Below, in pieces: positions 25,356 through 38,625 of a DNA stretch of 64,000 nt; the first letter of the stretch is position 1, and every line of letters starts with the position of its first letter. The stretch comes from Macrostomum lignano. Taxonomy: Eukaryota. Where the stretch lies: positions 186,001-250,000 of the forward strand of contig NIVC01001195.1 of NCBI GenBank assembly GCA_002269645.1, written 5' to 3'. The notes under the pieces are model-generated. The model saw only the letters and a list, made by a program, of their open reading frames with translations, was not told the origin of the DNA and did not search any database. Both the position numbers and the translations under genes were made by a program.

Positions 25356-28300
25356 ATGCTGTCCACTCTGAACAGCGCGAAAGACAACAGTCCCAGCAAC
25401 AACATCAAAGGCGCCGCCAAAGCCGCCGCCGCCGCCGCCGCCTCCAATCAGCAGCAGCAGCTCCGCTCAAACCAGTGGGCGAAGTCCGCCGGTCTCCGCG
25501 GCCGCCTGTCGCTGGACCCGGGGCTGCTCGACTTCCGGCCCGGCACCGACGGCCGCGTTCTCGACACGGTGCGCCTCCTGCGGGGCCGCCTGGCCGCCCG
25601 GCACGGCGACTTCCTGCTGGCCGCCGCTGCCGCTGCCGGATCCGCCAAGGAAGCTGAGGCGATGATCAAAGAGGCCACCGCCCTGGAGGAGCTTCCGGCA
25701 GAAACCACAGCGGTGGCGGCCTCGGCAGAAGTATCTGCTCCGACTTCCGGCAGAAGTATCTGCGGCAAGAAAATCGGTGACGGCGATGGCGAGGAGAAAA
25801 GGGCGGAGAAAGGACCCGGGTTCGAGCCCGACTGGTCTCGATTCGAGGGTGCCTTTAGCAAGGGTGAGCGGAGCTGGGATGAGGCTGGGATGAGGCTGGG
25901 AATGACACTGAAATGAGGCTGGGATGAGACTGGGATGAGGCTGGGAGTGACACTGACAGGAGCCTGGGATGAGGCTGGGATGAGACTGGGATGGGGCTGG
26001 GAATGACACTGACAGGAGCCTGGGATGAGGCTGGGATGAGACTGGGATGGGGCTGGGAATGAGACTGACATGAGCCTGGGATGAGGCTGGGATGAGGCTG
26101 GGAATGAGACTGACATGAGCCTGGGATGAGGCTGAGATGAGGCTGGGATGAGGCTGGGAATGAGACTGACATGAGCCTGGGATGAGGCTGGGATGAGGCT
26201 GGGGATGAGGCTGGGATGAGGCTGGGGATGAGGCTGGGATGGGGCTGGGGTGAGGCTGGGGATCATTCTGGGGGTGAGGCTGGGGATGATTCTGGGGATG
26301 AGGCTAAGGATGATTCTGGGGATTAGGCTAAGGATGATTCTGGGGATGAGGCTAAGGATGATTCTGGGGATTAGGCTAAGGATGAATCTGGGGATGAGGC
26401 TAAGGATGAATCTGGGGATTAGGCTAAGGATGATTCTGGGGATTAGGCTAAGGATGAATCTGGGGATGAGGCTAAGGATGATTCTGGGGATTAGGCTAAG
26501 GATGATTCTGGGGATTAGGCTAAGGATGAATCTGGGGATGAGGCTAAGGATGAATCTGGGGATGAGGCTAAGGATGAGGCTGGGATGAGCTTAAAGTTTT
26601 TTGAGTGCAGCACCAACACCGAGCCGCTGCAGGCGAAGACGCGTTCTCTCCCACCCCCCCCCCATAAATCAATTATCATGCCAAACTTGCTCCTCGCCCA
26701 AAAATAATCCCGGCGGAGCATCTGACACTTCTCATTCGGGCTCAGCGAAGCGACGCGCAGCTCGCACCTGCTCCATCCCAGCCCCAGCATCCCGGGCTCC
26801 CCGGATCCCCTCAGCAAGCAAAACTCGCGGCCCCATATTGGAAATCGATTGCAGCTCAGATCGGAGGAGATTTCGATTCGAATTTTCGACGCACTTGAGC
26901 TCCGATAGTCGTTCATCAAATGGCGCTTCAATCAGCTGAGCTGCCAGCACCCTCCGGGCTTTGATCCGCTTTGATCCGCTTATCTCTGCGCGTCTGCAGA
27001 TCTTTAAATTGGATCATTAAACTGCTCGAGTTTCTCAGGCCTGTTTGTCTGCCAGTCTCGGGAGGTCCCCGATCTCCGAGCTTTGTCTCCCCTCTGCTAT
27101 TGACTTCTCCTGGGGGACAGGTTTCCTGAAGATCGATCGCTTGAAGGAGAGGCGCGACTTTTAACGCGAAATTGTCCCAGTTTAGGGATTCTGGAATCTT
27201 GATTTTGTAAATCTTTCTTAAAAACCTTGAAACTTCATTGAATCCCAAAAGATTAATTAAACCTCTAGATCTCACCCTATCTTGCCCAATCTCACTCAAT
27301 CTCACCCAATCTCAACCAATCTCACCTAATCTCGCCCAATCTCACCTAATCCCACCCCAATCTCACCTAATCTCGCCCAATCTCACCTAATCCCACCCCA
27401 ATCTCACTCAGTCTCACCCAATCTTTCCCATTCCCACCCCAATCTCGCTTAATCGCACTAATCTCGCTTAATCGCACTAATCTCGCTTAATCTCACCAAA
27501 TCTCACCCATTCCCACCCAATCTCACCCAATCTCACCCAATATTACTCAATCTCACCCAATCTCGCTTAATCTCACCCAATCTCACCCATTCCCAATCTA
27601 ATCTCACCCAATTTCACCCAACATTACTCATTCTCACCAATATCTAAAAATCTCTTCTATTCTTTAAAAAGTCTCTACGAAGATATCTCACCCGAGATGT
27701 CAAAGTCTCACCCGAGATGTCAAAGTCTCACCCCAGATGTCAAAGTCTTACCCGAGATGTCAAAGTCTCACCCGAGATGTCAAAGTCTCACCCGAGATGT
27801 CAAAGTCTCACCCGAGATGTCAAAGTCTCACCCGAGATGTCAAAGTCTCACCCCAGATGTCAAAGTCTTACCCGAGATGTCAAAGTCTCACCCGAGATGT
27901 CAAAGTCTCACCCGAGATGTCAAAGTCTCACCCGAGATGTCAAAGTCTCACCCGAGATGTCAAAGTCTCACCCGAGATGTCCAAGTCTCACCCGAGATAT
28001 CAAAGTCTCACCCGAGATGTCAAAGTCTCACCCGAGATGTCAAAGTCTCACCCGAGATGTCAAAGTCTCACCCGAGATGTCAAAGTCTTACCCGAGATAT
28101 CAAAGTCTCACCCGAGATGTCAAAGTCTTACCCGAGATATCAAATTCTCACCCATCGCCATCCCCGCAGAGATGCTGCCAGCCGAGCAGGGCTACGAAGG
28201 CACGGTCAGTTTCATCACGGAGGTGGTGGACCTGCTGCTGGAGTACCTGCACCGTATCAATGACCGCAGCAACAAGGTGCTGGACTTTCACCACCCTCAC

Positions 28301-31300
28301 CAGCTGCGGGAGGCCCTCAGCCACTGCCTGGAGATCCCCGTGGAGCCGCGCGACCTGGAGCAGATCCTCAGCGACTGCAAGGAGACGCTGAAGTACGCCG
28401 TCAAGACCGGCCACCCGCGCTTCTTCAACCAGCTCTCGTCGGGCCTTGACGTCATCGCCATGGCTGGCGAGTGGCTGACGGCCGCCACCAACACCAACAT
28501 GTTGGTGTGGGGAATGGCGGGTGTGGGAAATGGCGGGTTGGGAATGGCGGGTGCGGAGAATGGCGAATAAGAAATGGCGGTTGTGAGGAATGGCGAGTGG
28601 GGAATGGCGGGTGGGGAATGGCGGGTGCGGAGAATGGCGGATGAGAAATGGCGGTTGTGAGTAATGGCGGGTGTGGAGAATGGCAGGTGTAGGGAATGGA
28701 AGGTGTGGAGAATGGCAGGTGTGGAGAATGGCAGGTGTGGGGAATGGCAGGTGTGGGGAATTGCAGGTGTGGGGAATGGAAGGTGTGAAGAATGGCAGGT
28801 GTGGGGAATGGCAGGTTTGGAGAATGGCAGGTGTAGGGAATTTCAGGTGTGTGGAATTTCAGGTGTGGGGAAAGGTGGGTGTGGGGAATGGCAGGTGTGA
28901 AGAATGGCGGGTGTGGGGAATGGCGGGTGTGGAGAATGGCAGGTGTGGAGAATGGCAGGTGTGGGGAATGGCAGGTGTGGGGAATTGCAGGTGTGGGGAA
29001 TGGAAGGTGTGAAGAATGGCAGGTGTGGGGAATGGCAGGTTTGGAGAATGGCAGGTGTAGGGAATTTCAGGTGTGTGGAATTTCAGGTGTGTGGAATTTC
29101 AGGTTTGGGAAAAGGTGAGTGTGGGGAATGGCGAGTGTGGGAAATTGGGTGGAGAATGGAGCGCGGGGAGCGTGGAACCAATTGATGGAACACCGGAGAA
29201 ACCGGCAGTGCTTTGGCCCCCCCCCCCGGGCAGGTTCACCTACGAGATCGCGCCTGTTTTCGTGCTCATGGAGGAGGTCACCCTGCAGAAAATGCGAGAG
29301 CACATCGGCTGGGAGAGCGGCGACGGCATCCTGGCTCCTGGCGGCAGCATCTCCAACCTGTACGCCGCTATGGTGGCCCGGTACAACCGCTTCCCGGAGG
29401 TGAAGATGCGGGGCATGCGCGCCGTGCCGGAGTTGGCGATGTTCACCTCGAAGGACGCGCACTACTCGGTGAAGAAGTCGGCCGCGATCCTGGGCATGGG
29501 CATGGACAGCGTCTACCTGGTGGACACGGACAACAGGTAGTCGAAGCTGTCTTCGTCAGACTTGTGGTTTGGCCCTCCTGGCTATTAAATCCGCGGCAGT
29601 CGTCGGCTAATTTTCGTGCTCAAGTCACAAATGAATGCTGGGCCGCTCGTGGAATCGAACCAGATGCGTTTCCTGCTCTCGAAAAAGCCTCCCTGGAACT
29701 TTCCATATCTTATTTCCCGAAATGTCTCAAGAAGAGTTTCTCATCTCTGCCTTTTCAACCCCGCATGTCTCAGGGGCAAGATGCTGCCCGAGCACCTGGA
29801 GCAGCTGATCGGACTCGCCCGCAGCCGCGGTCAGGAGCCCTTCTTCGTCAGCGCCACCGGCGGCACAACCGTGCTGGGCGCCTTCGACCCGCTGGACGCG
29901 ATCGCGGACGTGTGCGAGCGGCACGGGCTCTGGTTCCACGTGGACACGGCCTGGGGCGGCGGCGTGCTGCTCAGCCAGCGACACCGCCACCTGCTGGCCG
30001 GGGTGCAGCGTGCCGACTCGGTCACCTGGAATCCCCACAAGCTGATGGGCGTGACGCTGCAGTGCTCGGTGATCCTCCTGCCGGAGAGGCACATCGGCCT
30101 GCTGCAAGGCTGCAACGGCATGCAGGCGGACTACCTGTTCCAGCAGGACAAGCAGTACGACGTGAGCTACGACACGGGCGACAAGAGCATCCAGTGCGGC
30201 CGCAGGAACGACATCTTCAAGCTCTGGCTGTCCTGGAGGGCCAAGGTGACGGCTGGGGCAGTTTCTCGATGACTGGGGCAGATTCTCAATGACTGGGGCA
30301 GATTTCCAATGACTAGGGCAGATTCCCGATGACTGGGGCAGATTCTCAATGACTGGGGCAGATTCTCAATGACTGGGGCAGATTCTCAATGACTGGGGCA
30401 GATTTCCAATGACTAGGGCAGATTCCCGATGACTGGAGCAGATTCTCAATGACTGGGGCAGATTCTCAATGACTGGGGCAGATTTCCAATGACTGGGGCA
30501 GATTCCCGATGACTGGGGCAGATTCTCAATGACTGGGGAAGATTCCCAATGACTGGGGCAGATTCTCAATGACTGGGGCGGATTCTCAATGACTGGGGCA
30601 GATTCTCAATGACTGGGGCAGATTCTCAATGACTGGGGCAGATTTCCAATGACTAGGGCAGATTCCCGATGACTGGGGCAGATTCTCAATGACTGGGGCG
30701 GATTCTCAATGACTGGGGCAGAATCTCAATGACTGGGGCAGATTCTCAATGACTGGGGCAGATTTCCAATGTCTAGGGCAGATTCCCGATGACTGGAGCA
30801 GATTCTCAATGACTGGGGCAGATTCTCAATGACTGGGGCAGATTCTCAATGACTGGGGCAGATTCTCAATGACTGGGGCAGATTCTCAATGACTGGGGCA
30901 GATTCTCAATGACTGGGGCGGATTCTCAATGACTGGGGCAGAATCTCAATGACTGGGGAAGATTCTCAATGACTGGGGCAGATTCTCAATGACTGGGGCA
31001 GATTCTCAATGACTGGGGCAGATTCCCGATGACTGGGGCAGATTCTCAATGACTGGGGCAGATTCTCAATGACTGGGGCAGATTCTCAATGACTGGGGCA
31101 GATTCTCAATGACTGGGCCAGATTCTCAATGACTGGGGCAGATTCTCAATGACTGGGGCGGATTCTCAATGACTGGGGCAGAATCTCAATGACTGGGGCA
31201 GATTCTCAATGACTGGGGCAGATTCTCAATGACTGGGGCAGATTTCCAATGACTGGGGCAGATTCCCGATGACTGGGGCAGATTCTCAATGACTGGGGCA

Positions 31301-34300
31301 GATTCTCAATGACTGGGGCAGATTCTCAATGACTGGGGCAGATTATCAATGACTGGGGCAGATTCTCAATGACTGGGGCAGATTCTCAATGACTGGGGCA
31401 GATTCCCGATGACTGGGGCAGATTCTCAATGACTGAGGCAGATTCTCAATGACTGGGGCAGATTCTCAATGACTGGGGCAGATTTCCGATGACTGGGGCA
31501 GATTCTCAATGACTGAGGCAGATTCTCAATGACTGGGGCAGATTCTCAATGACTGGGGCAGATTCCCAGTGACTGGGGCAGATTTCCAATGACTGGGGCA
31601 GATTCTCAATGACTGGGGCAGATTTCCAATGACTAGGGCAGATCTCAATGACTGGGGCAGATTCCCAATGACTAGGGCAGATCTCAATGACTGGAGCAGA
31701 TTCTCTAGGACTGAGAACCCTAAGATTCTCAGAGACTGAGAACAAGGTTAATTGGAAATATTACTCTCGATAGGATCTTGCAGATCGGATACACACTGCA
31801 GTTTCACTTGAGCACATAATGCATTTTGCTGCAATTGCAGGGTGATGAAGGCTACGGGGAGCAGGTTGACTACCTCATCGACCTGGCCAAGTGAGTCTCC
31901 ATCACCAGACGCTGATATATAAGTTAAGTCAGACCTGCTCACACCACACCACACCTGCGTTGCAGTTACCTGTGCCAGCAGCTGAAGAAGCGTCCCGGCT
32001 ACGAGATGGTGATGGAGAAAGTAAGCGGCGGATTCTGGGAGCCTTAGTGAGCTGCTTAGAAACGCCCCCGGATCAGCTTCATCAGCTTTCTAATGCTGTT
32101 TTTTCATGGCGACAGATGTACAGTGCTCCACTTGAGTCTCTATGATAAGGCTAAGATGATGCTGAAGATGATTCTGTGAATGATTTTGGGGATGATGCTG
32201 ATATGAGGCTGAGATGGTGCTGAGATTAGTCTTAAGATGAGGTCGAGATAATGCTGGAAATAATTCTGGGATGATGCTGATATGAGGTTTGGCTGATTCT
32301 GATATGAGGCTGGGATGATGCTGATATGAGGTTGGCATGATGCTGGAGATGATGCTGATATGAGGTTGGCATGATGCTGGAGATGATGCTGATATGAGGT
32401 TGGGATGATGCTGATATGAGGCTGGGATGATGCTGATATGAGGTTGGCATGATGCTGGAGATGATGCTGATATGAGGTTGGCATGATGCTGGAGATGATG
32501 CTGATATGAGGTTGGGATGATGCTGATATGAGGCTGGGATGATGCTGATATGAGGTTGGCATGATGCTGGAGATGATGCTGATATGAGGTTGGCATGATG
32601 CTGGAGATGATGCTGATATGAGGTTGGCATGATGCTGGAGATGATGCTGATATGAGGTTGGCATGATGCTGGAGATGATGCTGATATGAGGTTGGGATGA
32701 TGCTGATATGAGGCTGGGATGATGCTGATATGAGGTTGGCATGATGCTGGAGATGATGCTGATATGAGGTTGGCATGATGCTGGAGATGATGCTGATATG
32801 AGGTTGGCATGATGCTGGAGATGATGCTGATATGAGGTTGGCATGATGCTGGAGATGATGCTGATATGAGGTTGGGATGATGCTGATATGAGGCTGGGAT
32901 GATGCTGATATGAGGTTGGCATGATGCTGGAGATGATGCTGATATGAGGTTGGCATGATGCTGGAGATGATGCTGATATGAGGTTGGCATGATGCTGGAG
33001 ATGATGCTGATATGAGGTTGGCATGATGCTGGAGATGATGCTGATATGAGGTTGGCATGATGCTGGAGATGATGCTGATATGAGGTTGGCATGATGCTGG
33101 AGATGATGCTGATATGAGATTGGCATGATGCTGGAGATGATGCTGATATGAGGTTGGGATGATGCTGATATGAGGCTGGGATGATGCTGATATGAGGTTG
33201 GGCTGATGCTGATATGAGGTTGGCATGATGCTGGAGATGAGGCTGAGATGAGGCTAAAGATGATGCTGAGATGAGGCTGAGATGATGCTGAGATGAGGCT
33301 GAGATGATGCTGGAGATGAGGCTGAGATGAGGCTGAGATGATGCTGGAGATGAGGCTGAGATGATGCTGAGATGAGGCTGAGATGATGCTGGAGATAAGG
33401 CTGAGATGAGGCTAAAGATGATGCTGAGATGAGGCTGAGATGATGCTGAGATGAGGCTAAAGATGATGCTGGAGATGAGGCTGAGATGATGCTGAGATGA
33501 GGCTGAGATGATGCTGGAGATGAGGCTGAGATGAGGCTGAGATGATGCTGGAGATGAGGCTGAGATGAGGCTAAAGATGATGCTGGAGATGAGGCTGAGA
33601 TGATGCTGAGATGAGGCTGAGATGATGCTGGAGATGAGGCTGAGATGAGGCTGAGATGATGCTGGAGATGAGGCTGAGATGAGGCTAAAGATGATGCTGA
33701 GGTGAGGCTGAGATGATGCTGATATGAGGCTGGGATCAGCCTAGAATTTTTAGAACCACTGTTCAGTTGATCGGTAGCTCAAAGCAGCTTTCTAGTGCCG
33801 TTTTCATGGCGACAGACGCGCAATGCTCCACTTGTCTTGAGCCACTCCGATCCCCCAAAATCCGCATTCGTTAATAATTGATGCGACAGGCCAGGTGTCT
33901 GAAACCCGCCGTGGGGCCTGAGCTCTGAACTGCTCGCATGGCCACCCCCCATCCGGGTTTGGGAAGGCCAGAGGTAGCTAATTACCGCAGTTCGCTGATC
34001 CCAGAGACAGCGCGACAGGCGCAATCTGGCGACTGCTGTGACTGGGCAGCGGCTCAACCACCGCCCTGCTCACCGCCTCTTGCAGCCCGACTTTGTCAAC
34101 GTCTGCTTCTGGTACGTGCCGGAGAAGTTCCGCTCGATGAAGCCGGGACCGGAGAGGGACAGCGCCATCAACGAGGTGAGGCCGCGTTGATGGAGTCGAG
34201 GAGATGCTGCATCCCCACTGATTGGACGACTTCAATCTGTCTGTCTCCCTCTCTGTCTCCCTCTCTGTCTCCCTCTCTGTCTCCCTCTCTGTCTCCCTCT

Positions 34301-36273
34301 CTGTCTCCCTCTCTGTCTCCTTCTCTGTCTCCCTCTCTGTCTCCCCTCTGTCTCCCTCTCTGTCTCCCTCTCTGTCTCCCTCTCTGTCTCCCTCTCTGTC
34401 TCCCTCTCTGTCTCCCTCTCTGTCTCCCTCTCTGTCTCCCTCTCTGTCTCCCTCTCTGTCTCCCCTCTGTCTCCCTCTCTGTCTCCCTCTCTGTCTCCTT
34501 CTCTGTCTCCCTCTCTGTCTCCCTCTCTGTCTCCCTCTCTGTCTCCCTCTCTGTCTCCCTCTCTGTCTCCCTCTCTGTCTCCCTCTCTGTCTCCCTCTCT
34601 GTCTCCCTCTCTGTCTCCCTCTCTGTCTCCCTCTCTGTCTCCCTCTCTATCTCGCTCTCTGTCTCCCTCTCTGTCTCCCTCTCTGTCTCCCTCTCTGTCT
34701 CCCTCTCTGTCTCCCTCTCTGTCTCCCTCTCTGTCTCCCTCTCTGTCTCCCTCTCTGTCTCCCTCTCTGTCTCCCTCTCTGTCTCCCTCTCTGTCTCCCT
34801 CTCTGTCTCCCTCTCTGTCTCCCTCTCTGTCTCCCTCTCTGTCTCCCTCTCTGTCTATTATCTCTGTCTACTTTATACTCCCCCCTGTCGCAGATCCCAG
34901 GCGCAAACAGAAACGCAAAAGATGAATCAGAAAAGGTTTTTCTTCTTTTGGAATCATGAGACAGCTGGGAGCATGATAAATCAAAACTTGATTGCGCAGC
35001 TGGTCAAGCGGGATTTCCCTTGCGGCCGGTAAGCTTCTCAAAAAACACTTGTTATCTCATCTGCCTGCAGCCCGGAACCCGAGCTGTTTGAGTCGCTTCA
35101 ATAACCACTTGGCCGCTGGGGGGAATTCTTGTCCAACCAGCTGATCCTGGGAATTGCGTCGAAACAACAATGTTGGGATCCGAGCAGAGTGGCTGGGGAT
35201 ATCTCTAAGAGGGTGTGAGCCTGAGCAGGTGAGGATTAATGACAGCTTAGCATTTCCCAGCTGTCCCAACATCCCCAATCCATTATATCCTCACAGTTTA
35301 ATCCCACAGGAATCCTCTCGATCTGGTCTAGTTTCCCACCCCGAAAAAATACCAGTTCCCCAGCGCTGGGAGCCTTGGTGAGGGGATTGCAGATTGCAAG
35401 TTCGGGGACATTCATGGGAAAACTTTGCCAAAATTTCCCGATGGCGATCTCCGATCCCCAGCTTGGCCTCAGTATCGATTTTTTATTCTTCTGCGGGATT
35501 TTCGATAAAGTCTTTTTGAAGCGCTATGAGGTGCAGGTTGCGTGCTTTTAATGCCAAAGGTTGAGCATTTTTCTTCTTTTCTTCCTGGTCTGCGCCATTG
35601 CCCTCCGATTGCCTAAGGCTGCCGGCCACCTCCCTTTCTCAACCCCCATCTCAACCCCCATCTCAACCCCCATCTCAACCCCCATCTCAACCCCATCTCA
35701 ACCCCTATCTCAACCCCCATCTCAACCCCCATCTCAACCCCCATCTCAACCCCCATCTCAACCCCATCTCAATCCCCATCTCAATCCCCATCTCAACCCC
35801 CATCTCAACCCCCATCTCAATCCCAATCTCAATCCCCATCTCAATCCCCATCTCAATCCCCATCTCAATCCCAATCTCAACCCTCATCTCAACCCCCATC
35901 TCAACCCCCATCTCAACCCCCATCTCAATCCCCATCTCAATCCCAATCTCAATCCCAATCTCAACCCCCATCTCAACCCCCATCTCAACCCCCATCTCAA
36001 CCCCAATCTCAACCCTCATCTCAACCCCCTCTTCTCCTCGCCCAGGTGGCCCCCAAAGTGAAGGCGCTGATGATGGAGAGCGGCACCACAATGGTGGGCT
36101 ACCAGCCCCTCGGCAACCTGCCGAACTTCTTCCGCATGATCGTGTCGAACCCGGCGGCGACGGAGGCCGACATCGACTTTCTGCTGGACTGCATCGAGAA
36201 GTACTCGGCTGAGATCTTCGACGATCAGCCCGATGAGGCCGGGATTGGCGGAGGCGGCGGGCCGGCCCAGTGA
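25356..36273 (+). CDS. GAD1: Glutamate decarboxylase (PLP-dependent group II), 8 coding exons, ~678 aa
   Basis: Exons 25356-25863, 28170-28500, 29234-29536, 29774-30245, 31841-31890, 31966-32020, 34086-34175, 36046-36273 are GT-AG with matching phases and total 2037 nt. Motifs: [42 protein letters not shown]-lysine [14 protein letters not shown] (GAD-type rather than CSAD-type), [11 protein letters not shown]. Confidence 0.95.
25870..26590. repeat. G-rich 10/18-bp arrays (GGCTGGGATGA; GGGGATGAGGCTAAGGAT) at the 5' end of GAD intron 1
   Basis: Begins a few nt after donor 25864. Confidence 0.96.
27285..28150. repeat. C-rich 10-bp (AATCTCACCC) and 20-bp (CCCGAGATGTCAAAGTCTCA) arrays at the 3' end of GAD intron 1
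   Basis: The 20-bp array ends ~20 nt before acceptor 28169. Confidence 0.96.
28505..29150. repeat. G-rich ~16-bp array (GTGGGGAATGGCAGGT) filling GAD intron 2
   Basis: Starts at donor 28501. Confidence 0.95.
30250..31740. repeat. 20-bp array (GACTGGGGCAGATTCTCAAT) filling GAD intron 4
   Basis: Starts immediately after donor 30246; ~74 copies. Confidence 0.97.
32140..33740. repeat. Compound G-rich array (GATGATGCTGATATGAGGTTGGCAT / GATGAGGCTGA) in GAD intron 6
   Basis: Directly visible, with two sub-domains. Confidence 0.96.
34228..34870. repeat. 12-bp pyrimidine array (CTCTCTGTCTCC) in GAD intron 7
   Basis: Directly visible. Confidence 0.97.
35630..36030. repeat. 12-bp C-rich array (TCAACCCCCATC) abutting the last GAD acceptor
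   Basis: Ends ~15 nt before acceptor 36045. Confidence 0.97.
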
Positions 36274-37664
36274 AAGCAGCGGAGCCGGGCAACATGACCA
36301 ACAGGCACTCACCGTTCATAACGCGTCCCTACAAAAACCGGCTATATATTAATCCCAATTCGTTAGTAGTTAGTGTCATGCAGCTGTGCTTACTGTGAGT
36401 AGCGTGTAGTGAGCTTGTAATGGTAAGAGGAGCTCTTTATTTCAAGCAAGCTGCATCTCTTATTCCCAGCACTGAAGTTGAGAGATTTCAGATCTCGCCA
36501 ATGCACTTCAAATTGAAAATGAGGCCCTCAATAATTGCATAAATTCGAAGAATTGTGTACTTTTACTGCCAGCTGCGATTGAGCGCGGCTCTCTCCGAGT
36601 TAAAGATGCTTTGATTGGCACAAGTGAAGGAAAAGTTTACAGAAAGCTGGAGTCACTCGGGATATCATGTCTACTTCCATAAATGTACTTTTTAATAGTT
36701 TGGTTCATTGCAAGGAAATCCGGAGATGTTTGAAAGAAGTCTTGATTGTTTAACATCATAACCGAGTTTTGGCAGAAAGTGAAAAATCGAAGTGAAAAAA
36801 TGAGCAGTTTCCAGGAATCCGAGAGGTCTGAGCTAAAATGTTGTGCAAATTTTTAAATTCGCTCTCCCACGTTTAACCATTTTATTTCGCCAGTTAAATT
36901 TTGTTGTTTAAATTCGCGCCAGAATTGGCGCGTTCAGTTTTAACTTTCTGTTCAGTTAAACAAAAACAATGAATTTTATTAAATTTGCGCCATCTGACTG
37001 AAACCAGTGCAATTTTAAACAAATCGCTTTTCTAAATACTATTTCAGACGTTCAGACAAGGATTTATTATTTTGTTTAACCAGATTTAATATTTCGTGTG
37101 AGATTTTCAATTATTTAATTGTCAAAATGCGATCTATTATTCGACGCAAATATTTTCTGAGTTTTTAATTTTTTTAAACAAACAATAATCCGATTATTTT
37201 TCCGCAATATTCGCGTCTCACCTAGTAGCAGTAGTATCACTCTCCTATGCTTATTTATGCGCCTAACCACGCGGAAAGTTTCAAAATTCAAACGAAATTA
37301 TTTTACGAAGTGCTAAAGAAAGAGAAGACAATTAGCGCTGCTCGAGTTTGGACTGCCAGCACAGCAGTGTCTCAGCACTTGAAACATTTTTTATGGTCAA
37401 CGAACAGAGCGCGAGTTTCATTTATTGCTCTCGTATAGATAATCTGCCCTTGAGCGCATAGCCTAGTTAGCAGCCTGCTAATCTCTACTAACCCTCCGTT
37501 TTATTTGTTTTATCTGCTGAAATCTAAATTAAACCCGACCAACTACCCAGATCGGCAAGTAGAGACCTCGCTTTAGATTTTCTTTCGTCTCAATTTTGGC
37601 ATTTCTGTTCGCACTTTTTTTATTCTGGGCTGTTCGATTTTGGCCAATAAAGCAGCAATGCCGC

Positions 37665-38385
37665 AATAGAGTTCAGCAGAGTTCAGCCATGGAGTACTAA
37701 TATTCCATAGAGTTCAGCAGAGTTCAGCCATGGAGTACTAATATTCCATAGAGTTCAGCAGAGTTCAGCCATGGAGTACTAATATTCCATAGAGTTCAGC
37801 AGAGTTCAGCCATGGAGTACTAATATTCCATAGAGTTCAGCAGAGTTCAGCCATGGAGTACTAATATTCCATAGAGTTCAGCAGCGCCTACGGCAGCCAT
37901 GGGGTACTAATATTCCATAGAGTTCAGCAGCGCCTACGGCAGCCATGGGGTACTAATATTCCATAGAGTTCAGCAGAGTTCAGCCATGGAGTACTAATAT
38001 TCCATAGAGTTCAGCAGAGTTCAGCCATGGAGTACTAATATTCCATAGAGTTCAGCAGCGCCTACGGCAGCCATGGGTACTAATATTCCATAGAGTTCAG
38101 CAGCGCCTACGGCAGCCATGGGGTACTAATATTCCATAGAGTTCAGCAGAGTTCAGCCATGGAGTACTAATATTCCATAGAGTTCAGCAGAGTTCAGCCA
38201 TGGAGTACTAATATTCCATAGAGTTCAGCAGCGCCTACGGCAGCCATGGGGTACTAATATTCCATAGAGTTCAGCAGCGCCTACGGCAGCCATGGGGTAC
38301 TAATATTCCATAGAGTTCAGCAGCGCCTACGGCAGCCATGGGGTACTAATATTCCATAGAGTTCAGCAGCGCCTACGGCAGCCAT
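37665..38385. repeat. 41/46-bp two-variant minisatellite
   Basis: Units AGAGTTCAGCAGAGTTCAGCCATGGAGTACTAATATTCCAT and AGAGTTCAGCAGCGCCTACGGCAGCCATGGGGTACTAATATTCCAT are interspersed. Confidence 0.96.
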
Positions 38386-38526
38386 GGAATGCCACAAATG
38401 AGTTTGATGACCCTTGCAGTTCTCCAGCCTGGCGTGAGCAGCTGCACAGCTGCATCGCCTTGGCTCCCGCCCACACTCGCCTAAAACAATTCGGCCCTGT
38501 GGTTCCGAGAGCACCCGAGCCTTCTC

Positions 38527-38530
<4 letters not shown>

Positions 38531-38621
<91 letters not shown>

Positions 38622-38625
38622 CTCA
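38531..38625. repeat. (TC)n microsatellite
   Basis: Directly visible. Confidence 0.99.

Noticed and set aside
16191-25358. CAG|ATG at the starts of the ankyrin and GAD genes as spliced-leader acceptor sites
   Set aside because: Upstream cis donors (16123; ~24198/24277) explain these sites equally well, and sequence alone cannot show trans-splicing.
37665-38385. CRISPR-like appearance
   Set aside because: No unique spacers, eukaryotic context and no cas genes.
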